Source of the DNA: the human T2T-CHM13v2.0 reference genome, Homo sapiens
Direction: 5' to 3' (one strand)
Assembly (NCBI RefSeq): GCF_009914755.1
Contig: NC_060933.1
DNA length: 64,000 nucleotides
The notes under the pieces are model-generated. The model had not been told where the DNA came from and did not search any database. It saw only the letters and a list, made by a program, of their open reading frames with translations. This document shows positions 55,730 to 64,000 of this stretch, in pieces (position 1 is the stretch's first letter; each line of letters starts with the position of its first letter). Position numbers and translations under genes: made by a program.

Positions 55730-57600
55730 TTAAGTGGAGGTGAAAGACAGCAACAATGCTTTTTGATCTTCTGAACTTCTCCACAAACCAGACAGAAGAA
55801 CTAAACTAGAATAAAAAAATCAAAGAAAATATCCCCAACAAAATATTTCCAACAGAACTTAGTAACAAAATATTCCCACAATGATCAAACCAATTCAAGA
55901 CAGCTACCTGACTTATGTAGTAACAATATCTGATGGGAGAAACCAGTGGGAAAGCCACTAATCTTTTCACAGTTTTGAAAGAGAGGAACCCAAAATCACA
56001 ACAGATACTAATTAGAAAACTCAGCCCATTAAGTAACACGAGTTAAACAAAGAGTTTTCCAGGTTCCAATTTAACAATGGGTGTAAGGGAACTGCTACAA
56101 GACTAGTTCTAATGATGCTGGGGCAGTCTGGAATGTGTAAACCTTCAAAACTGACAAATTCGAATTCTTTTCCAAGACAGAGTTCCTACCATTGACATTT
56201 GTGGCTTTCTGCGCTGTGTGGAAGAAGCAATGTAAACTACAATTCAAGAATAGCCATCAGGAAGGGTAGGCTCTCTCTTGCTGAAAAAAAAAATGTTGGG
56301 AATAGTGTCCAAACTAAGCAGGATAGAAACAATAGAGCCAAAAATTGGAAGATCCAGATTAAAGTGGGAGTAGAGAATAGAGGGAGTAGATTTCAGGAAA
56401 TCCACCGCCATAGTTATTATAAACTTTGTGAAAATAATAAAAGAACAAACTCTAGAGACATGAGGCTGTGAAAACTTCCCTGGACCACTTTTTTTTTCTA
56501 AAATAATGCAAAAGCTTATTTCATTTGAAAATGATTTTTAAAAAACAGATAATGGACAAGTCATATAAAAAGTTACTATAAGAAAAAAAGTGAATGATGA
56601 GAAAGAAGACATGTCTACAGACAAAGAAAGCACACCAGAAAGTGTGTTCACTACACATTTAAAAAACTGTAACGAAATATGTCCAATTGAAAAAGAGCAG
56701 GAAAGAGAGAGAGAGACAGACAGAGACAGATAGATAGACAGGCAGGCAGACAGACAGAAAGAGACAGTATTTTGAGAACATAACTCACGTAAGACCTGGA
56801 AAGAAACTCAGAATTCAGGTGATCCTAGAAAATGGAGATTTGAAAAGGAAGCTGGGAGAGTTAAGGAGAGAATTAAAAATGAATGAAAAAATTATTGTAT
56901 AAATGTATAGTAGAAGAAATTTAATTTTGTATACATTAAATTTTACACAAGAAAATAATAGATAATTTTATTTAAAAATTATTGTAAGAGAAATGGAAAT
57001 TGAGGAAGAAACAAAATGATTTAAATAGGAAATAAATTAAGAAATTAAAAATAAGGATTAATAAAGAAAATAATAGAGAAGATAGACAAAGAAGATCCAA
57101 CTTAACTATAATAGCAACTTCCAAAGATAACTGAGGAAATGGGACAGAACAACTGCTTAAAATTATAGTTCAAGAAAACTTTATTGAAATAAAAGATTAC
57201 TTGAAACTACATAGTAAATGGCCACACTACATGCCAGAGAACACCAGCCCCAAATACCAAATACCAGTACATATTCTAATAAAATTACAAGACTTTAAAG
57301 AAAAAGAGTAAATCCTTTGGGCACCAAGGAAAAGACAAAGTTCCATTTATAATGGAAAGAAAATCATATTGTTATCAGACCTTTTATACTTCTCAGACCC
57401 TTTATATAAGAAGATTAAAGAGTAGTACAGTTAAGATGTTCAAATTAAAAAATTAAGGTACAGCTTTTTATATCCAGTCAAACAAATTTTAAGATGTGAA
57501 GACATAGACCAGCTGCTGTGATCATGCAGAAATTCAGGAAATCTTGTCTAATGAGACCTTCCTAAGAAATCTTCTAGAGAACAAGCTTCAGCCTGAAAGA
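55730..57600 (+). mobile_element. HAL1/L1ME-like ORF1-bearing relic with (GACA/GATA)n at ~56700-56765
   Basis: A-rich ORF1-like text: GATAGACAAAGAAGATCCAAC...CAAGAAAACTTT...GAAAATCATATTGTTATCAGAC. Confidence 0.55.
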
Positions 57601-57819
57601 CTGTTGACATAAGGATTAGTGACTCCTTCTCTGTGTGTAGAAAGGAAGCTGATACATGTATCAGTAATGTCTGTCAGGAGAGGAAGGCTCCCTGCTGCTT
57701 GGACTGTAGTTTTTCCCAGTTTTTTTCCAGATAATTACAAACCTTCAGAGAACTCCCCTATAATCCATCAACCCATTCTTGCAATGAATTGGAAAGAAGC
57801 AGGGATTGGCTCTCAAAAT

Positions 57820-58197
57820 CTTAGTCTGTTCTTTAGAAGTTACTTCAGTAATAGTAAGGCTGGTATAACAAACTACACTAACTGGGTAGCTTATAAGTCA
57901 CAGAAATTTATTTTCTGTTGGCAGCTGGGGAGTACAAGATCAAGATGTCAGCAGATTCAATGTCTGGTGAGGGCCCACTTTCTCATAGATGGCACCTTTT
58001 TGCTGTAGCCTTACATAGTGGAAGGGACAAGGCATCTCTCTTGGGCCTCTTTTATAAGGGCACTAATTCCATTCGTGAAAGCTCCACCCTCATGATCTCA
58101 TCACCTCCCAAAGACCCAAGTCCTAATATTGTCACATTGGTGGTTAGGTTTTAACATATAAACTTTTGGGGGGTATAAAAACATTCAGACCATAGCA
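57820..58197 (-). mobile_element. MaLR solo LTR, MLT1A0-like
   Basis: CAAGATCAAGATGTCAGCAGATTCAATGTCTGGTGAGGGCCC...CATTCAGACCATAGCA. Confidence 0.87.
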
Positions 58198-59120
58198 CTT
58201 ACAAAGTCACATTATTCCCTATTCTTTATTTATTTTAATGACTTCATTGCCGAAATTTACAAAACAATATGGAGCATTCGAAGTAACCATGTGCAGGCAT
58301 CTGTATGTTAAATTGCCTTCTGCCATAATAAATGAAATAATTCTGAAATAGACTTAAACTATAACATGAAAATTTGCTAGATTTAAAAGATAAATGTGAA
58401 TTATTTACCATTCAATAAATTTTAAAAATTATTTCTCTAATGGGCACATAATCCTTCTGCCCAATAAGCAATTTTGTCATTTAGAGTTTATACTTCAATA
58501 TTTGAACCTTTGAGAGTTTCTAGTCTGAACATATCCTTCAAGAAAAAATATCCATATACAATGAAGAAAAAAAATCCACTTGGAAAGAATATTTATATGA
58601 AGATTAAGATATTCCCCATCTTGCAAAGTCTGTGGGAACTATTACTGAAGTAAGTTCTAAAGAAATGTGTTAAGGCTTAGGGTGCCCTATGTGCTGATAG
58701 AGATAGGCATCATTCATATTACTTGAGAATTCTCATTTCCATATACAGCAAGCCAAGGAAATGAACACAACTTTGATTGATTGTTCCAGGAAAAGAATGT
58801 GCAATATGGTACAAGCACATTTTGTTGTGTTTTGTTTTTTTCTTTTTCTAAATAGAAAGCTTCTGAGAAAGCTACAATGAGAGAGAATTCTGGGATTTTC
58901 TTTTTTTTATTATAATTATTATACTTTAAGTTCTGGGATACAGGTACAGAACATGCAGATTTGTTACATAGATATACACGTGCCATGGTGGTTTGCTGCA
59001 TCTATCAACCTGTCTTCTACATTAGGTATTTCTCCTAATGCTATCCCTCCACTATCCCCCAACCCCCGACAGACTGTGGTGTGTGATATTCCCCTCCCTG
59101 TGTCTATGTGTTCTCACAGT

Positions 59121-62100
59121 TCACCTCCCACTTATGAGTGAGAACATGCGGTGTTTGGTTTTGTGTTCCTGTGTTAGTTTACCAAGAATGATGGTTTCCA
59201 GCTTCATCCATGGCCCTGCAAAGAACATGAACTCATCCTTTTTTATGGCTGCATAGTATTCCATGGTGTGTATGTGCCACATTTTCTTTATCCAGTCTTT
59301 CATTGATAGGCATTTGGGTTGGTTCCAAGTCTTTGCTATTGTGAACAGTGCTGCAATAAACATACATGTGCATGTGTCTTTATAGTACAGTGATTTATAA
59401 TCCTCTGGGTATATACCCAGTAATAGGATTGCTGGGTCAAATGGTATTTCTAGTTCTAGGTCCTTGAGGAATTGCCACACTGTCTACCACACTGGTTGAA
59501 CTTTTTTCGTATGTTTGTTGGCTGCATAAATGTCTTCTTTTGAGAAGTGTCTGTTCATTTCCTTTGCCCACTGTTTGATGGGGTTGTTTGTTCTTTTCTT
59601 GTAAATCTGTTTAAGTTCTTTGTAGATTCTGTATATTAGCCCTTTGTCAGATGGATAGATTGCAAAAATTTTCTCTCATTCTGTAGGTTGCTTGTTCACT
59701 CTGATGATAGTTTCTTTTGCCCCAACAGCCTTTATTAAATAGGGAATCATTTCCCCATTGGTTGCTTTTGTCAGGTTTATCAAAGATCAGATGGTTGCAT
59801 ATGTGTGGTGTTACTTCTGAGGCCTCTGTTCTGTTCCATTGGTCTATATATCTGTTTTGGTACCAGTACCCTGCTGTTTTGATTACTGTAGGCTTGTAGT
59901 ATAGTTTGAAGTCAGGTAGCATGATGCCTCCAGCTTTGTTCTTTTTGCTTATAATTATCCTGGCTATATGGGCTCTTTTTTGGATCCATATGAAATTTAA
60001 AGTAGATTTTTCCAATTCTGTGAGAAAGTCAGTGGTAGCTTTATGGGGATAGCATTGAATCTATAAATTACTTTGGGCAGTATTGCCATTTTCATGATAT
60101 TGATTCTTCCTATCCATGAGCATGGAATGTTCTTCCATTTCTTTGTGCCCTCTCTTATTTCCTTGAGCAGTGGTTTGTAGTTCTCCTTGAAGAGGTCCTT
60201 CACATCCCTTGTAAGTTGTATTCCTAGGTATTTTATTCTCTTTATAGCAATTGTAAATGGAATTTCACTTATGATTTGGCTCTTTGTTGGTCTATTATTG
60301 GTGTACAGGAATGCTTGTAGTTTTTGCAACTGATTTTATATCCTGAGACTTTGCTGAAGTTGCCTATCAGCTTAAGGAGATTTTGACTGAGACAGTGGGG
60401 TTTTCTAAATATACAATCACGTCATCTGCAAACAGAGACAATTTGACTTCCTCTCTATTTGAATACCCTTTATTTCTTTATCTTCCCTGATTGCTCTGGC
60501 TTGAACATCCAATACTATGTTGAATAGGACTGGTGAGAGAGAGCATCCTTGTCTTGTGCCAGTTTTCAAAGGGAATGCTTCCAGTTTTTGCCCATTCGGT
60601 ATGATATTGCCTGTGGGATTGTCATAAATAGCTCTTATTATTTGGAGATACATTCCATCAATACCTAGTTTATTGCGAGTTTTTAGCATGAAGGGGTGTT
60701 GAATTTTATTGAAGGCTTTTCTGCATTTATTGAGATAATCATGTGGTTTTTGTCATTGGTCCAGTTTATGTGATGGATTATGTTTATTGATTTGCATATG
60801 TTGAACCAGCCTTGGATCCCAGGGATGAAGCCAACTTGATCGTGGTGGATAAACTTTTTAATGTGCTTCTTGATTCGGTTTGCCAGTATGTTATTAAGGA
60901 TTTTTGCATCGATGTTCATCAGGAATATTGGCCTGAAATTTTCTATTTCTGTTGTGTCTGTGCCAGGTTTTGGTATCAGGATGTTGCTGGCCTCATAAAA
61001 TGAGTTAGGGAGGATTCCCTCTTTTTCTATTGTTTGTAATAGTTTCAAAAGGAATGGTACTAGCTCCTCTTTGTATCTCTGATAGAATTCGGCTGTGAAT
61101 CAGTCTGGTCCTGGATTTTTTGGTTGTTAGGCTATTAATTATTGGCTCTATTTCAGAACCTGTTATTGGTCTATTTAGGGATTTGATTTCTTCCTGGTTT
61201 AGTGTTGGGATGGTGTATGTGTCCAGGAATTTATCCATTTCTGCTACATTTTCTAATTTATTTGCATAGATGTGTTTATAGTATTCTCTGATGGTAGCTT
61301 GTATTTCTGTGGGATCAGTGGTAATATCCCCTTTATTATTTTTTATTTTGTCTATTTGATTCTTCTCTCTTTTCTTCTTTATTAGTCTGGCTAGTGATCT
61401 ATCTATTTTGTTAATCTTTTTTAAAAAACAGCTCCTGGATTCATTGATTTTTTTTAAGTGTTTTTCATGCCTGTATCTCCTTCAGTTCTTCTCTGATCTT
61501 AATTATTTATTGTCTTCTGCTAGCTTTTGAATTTGTTTGCTGTTGCTTCTCTAGTTCTTTTAATTGTAATGTTAGGGTGTCAATTTTAGATCTTTCCCGC
61601 TTTCTCTTGTGGGCTATAAATTTCCCTTTAAACACTGCTTTAGCTGTGTCCCAGAGATTCTGCTACATTGTGTCTTTGTTCTCATTGGTTTCAAAGAATT
61701 TATTTCTGCCTCAATTTCATTATTTAGCCAGTAGTCATTCAGGAGCAGGTTGTTCAGTTTCCATGTAGTTATGCAGTTTTGAGTGAGTTTCTTAATCCTG
61801 AATTCTAATTTGATTGCACTGTGGTCTGAGAGACTGTTTGTTATGATTTCCATGCATTTGCATTTGCCGAGAAGTGTTTTACTTCCAATTATGTGGTCAA
61901 TTTTAGAATAAGTGCAGTGTGGTGCTGAGAAGAATGTATATTCTGTTGATTTGGGGTGGAGAGTTCTGTAGATGTCTATTAGGTCCACTTGGTCCAGAGC
62001 TGAGTTCAAGTCTTCAATATCCTTGTTAATTTTCTGTCTCGTTGATCTTTCTAATATTGACAGTGGGGTGTTAAAGTCGCCCACTATTATTAAGTGAGAG

Positions 62101-62520
62101 TCTAAGTCTCTTTGTAGGTCTCTAATAACTTTCTTTATAAGTCTAGGTGCTCCTGTATTGGGTGCATATATATTTAAGATAGTTAGCTCTTTTTGTTGCA
62201 TTGATCCCTTTACCATTATGTAATGCCCTTCTTTGTCTTTTTTATCTTTGTTGGTTTAAAGTCTGTTTTATCAGACACTAGGATTGCAACCCCTGCTTTT
62301 TTTTTTTTTTTTTTTGCTTTCCATTTGCTTAGTAAATATTCCTCCATCCCTTTATACTGAGCCTATGTGTGTCTTTGCATGTGAGATGAGTCTCTTGAAT
62401 AAAGCACACTGATAGTCCTTGACTCTTTATCCAATTTGCCAGTCTGTGTCTTTTAACTGGGGCATTTAGCCCATTTAGGTTGAAGGTTAATATTGTTATG
62501 TGTGAATTTGATCCTTTCAT
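59121..62520 (-). pseudogene. L1 ORF2, disrupted and internally deleted
   Basis: MKGSNSHITIL start at 62520, GDFNTPL in 61614..62216, ends KHRMFSLISGR*. Confidence 0.92.
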
Positions 62521-62582
62521 TATGATGCTAGCTGGTTATTTTGCCGTTAGTTGATGCAATTTCTTCATAGTGTTGATGGTCT

Positions 62583-63604
62583 TTACAATTTGGTATGTTT
62601 TTGCACTGGCTGATACCAGTTTTTCCTTTCCTTATTTAGTGCTTCCTTCAGGAGCCCTTGTAAGGCAGGCCTGGTAGTGACAAAATCTCTCAGCATTTGC
62701 CTGTCCTTAAAGGAATGTATTTCGCCTTCACTTATGAAGCTTACTTTGGCTGGATATGAAATTCTGGGTTGAAAATCCTTTTCTTTAAGAATGTTGAATA
62801 TTGGCCCCCACTCTCTTCTGGCTGTAGGGTTTCTGCAGAGAGAACCACTGTTAGTGTGATTCGCTTCCCTTTGTGGGTAACCCACCCTTTCTCTCTGGCT
62901 GCCCTTAACATTTTTTCCTTCATTTCAACCTTGCTGAATCTGATGATTACATTTCTTGGGGTTGCTCTTCTCGAGGAATATCTTTGTGGTGTTTGTATTT
63001 CCTGAATTTGAATATTGCCCTGTCTTGCTAGGTTGGGGACATTCTCCTTGATAATATCCTGAAGTGTATTTTCCAAGTTGGTTCCATTCTCCCTGTCACT
63101 TTCATGTACACCAATCAAACGTAGATTTGGTCTTTTCACATAGTCTCATATTTTTTGGAGACTTTGTTCATTCCTTTTCATTCTTTTTTCTCTAATCTTG
63201 TCTTCATGCTTTATTTCATTAAATTCATCTTCAGTCTCTGATATCCTTTCTTCAGCTTTATCAATTCAGCTACTGATACTTGTGTATGCTTCATGAAGTT
63301 CTCATGCTGTGTTTTTCAGTTCCATCAGGTCATTTATGTTTTTCTCTAAACTGGTTATTCTAGTTAGCAATTCCCCCAACCTTTTTTCAAGGTTCTTAGC
63401 TTCCTGGTATTGGGTAAGAACATGCTCCTTTAGCTCAGAGGAGCTTGTTATTACCCACCTTCTGAAGCCTACTTCTGTCAATTCATCAAACTCATTCTCC
63501 ATCCAGTTTTGTTCCCTTGCTGGTGAGGAGTTGTGATCCTTTGGAGGAGAAGAGGTGTTCTGGTTTTCAGAATTTTCAGACTTTTTGTGCTGTTTTTTCT
63601 TCAT
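62583..63604 (-). pseudogene. L1 ORF1, frameshifted
   Basis: MKKKQHK start at 63604; fragments 63302..63691, 62741..63139 and 62583..62885. Confidence 0.9.
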
Positions 63605-64000
63605 CTTTGTGGATTCATTCACCTTTGGTCTTTGATGTTGCTCACCTTTGGATGGGGTTTTGGCGTGGATGTCCTTTCTGTTGATGTTCATGCTGTTCCT
63701 TTCTGTTTGTTAGTTTTCCTTCTAACACGCCCTTCTGCTGCAGGTCTGCTGGAGTTTGCTGGAGGTCTACTCCACAACCTGTTTGCTGGGTATCACCAGC
63801 AGGGGCTGCAGAACAGCAAAGATTGCTGCCAGCTCCTTCCTCTGGAAGCTTCATTCCAGAGGGGCACCTGCCAGATCCCAGCCAGAGCTCTCCTGTATGA
63901 GGGGTCTGTCGACCCCTGCTGGGAGGTGTCTCCCACTCACGAGGCATGGAGGTCAGGGACCCACTTGAGGAGGCAGTCTGCCCCTTAGCAGAGCTTGAGC

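Larger units (their letters stand above)
58901..64000 (-). mobile_element. LINE-1, L1PA7-like; 5' UTR continues beyond the window
   Basis: T tail, 3' UTR, ORF2, ORF1 and 5' UTR collinear with 8687-15080, with two internal deletions. Confidence 0.95.

Noticed and set aside
57619-58154. 129-aa and 78-aa ORFs
   Set aside because: They largely overlap an MLT1A0 LTR, have non-ATG starts and show no recognisable domain.

Overview
AT-rich primate (most likely human or ape) genomic DNA, dominated by transposable elements. I found no recognisable host protein-coding exon, tRNA, rRNA or prokaryotic system. Large LINE-1 copies are: L1PA4/5-like (1-5910, -), full-length L1PA7-like with a 21-bp TSD (8687-15080, -), an internally deleted L1MA2-like copy (17643-23585, +), L1PA15/16-like (25191-31412, -) and a second L1PA7-like copy (58901-64000, -). 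All of them have broken ORFs. Also present are Alus (J, S, Y), MaLR and ERVL LTRs, DNA-transposon relics (MADE1, MER3, MER82, Tigger3a), a fragmented long L2, MIRs and microsatellites. Nearly every ORF in the supplied track derives from L1 or Alu. I cannot support a new multi-gene system. The best leads are: (1) an AluY-spacer-AluY block bracketed by a single TSD (51552-52227); (2) an snaR/CAS-like Alu-monomer derivative fused to an Alu 3' end (40559-40718); (3) an MLT2A1-like solo LTR with a DUX4-type motif and a splice donor (34379-34820); (4) an open 174-codon ORF0 running out of the L1 5' end (5457-5981); (5) a microsatellite that seems to have arisen inside one copy of a TSD (33690-33930). 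Subfamily names come from remembered consensus sequences and need Dfam/RepeatMasker confirmation. Boundaries of old elements are approximate.
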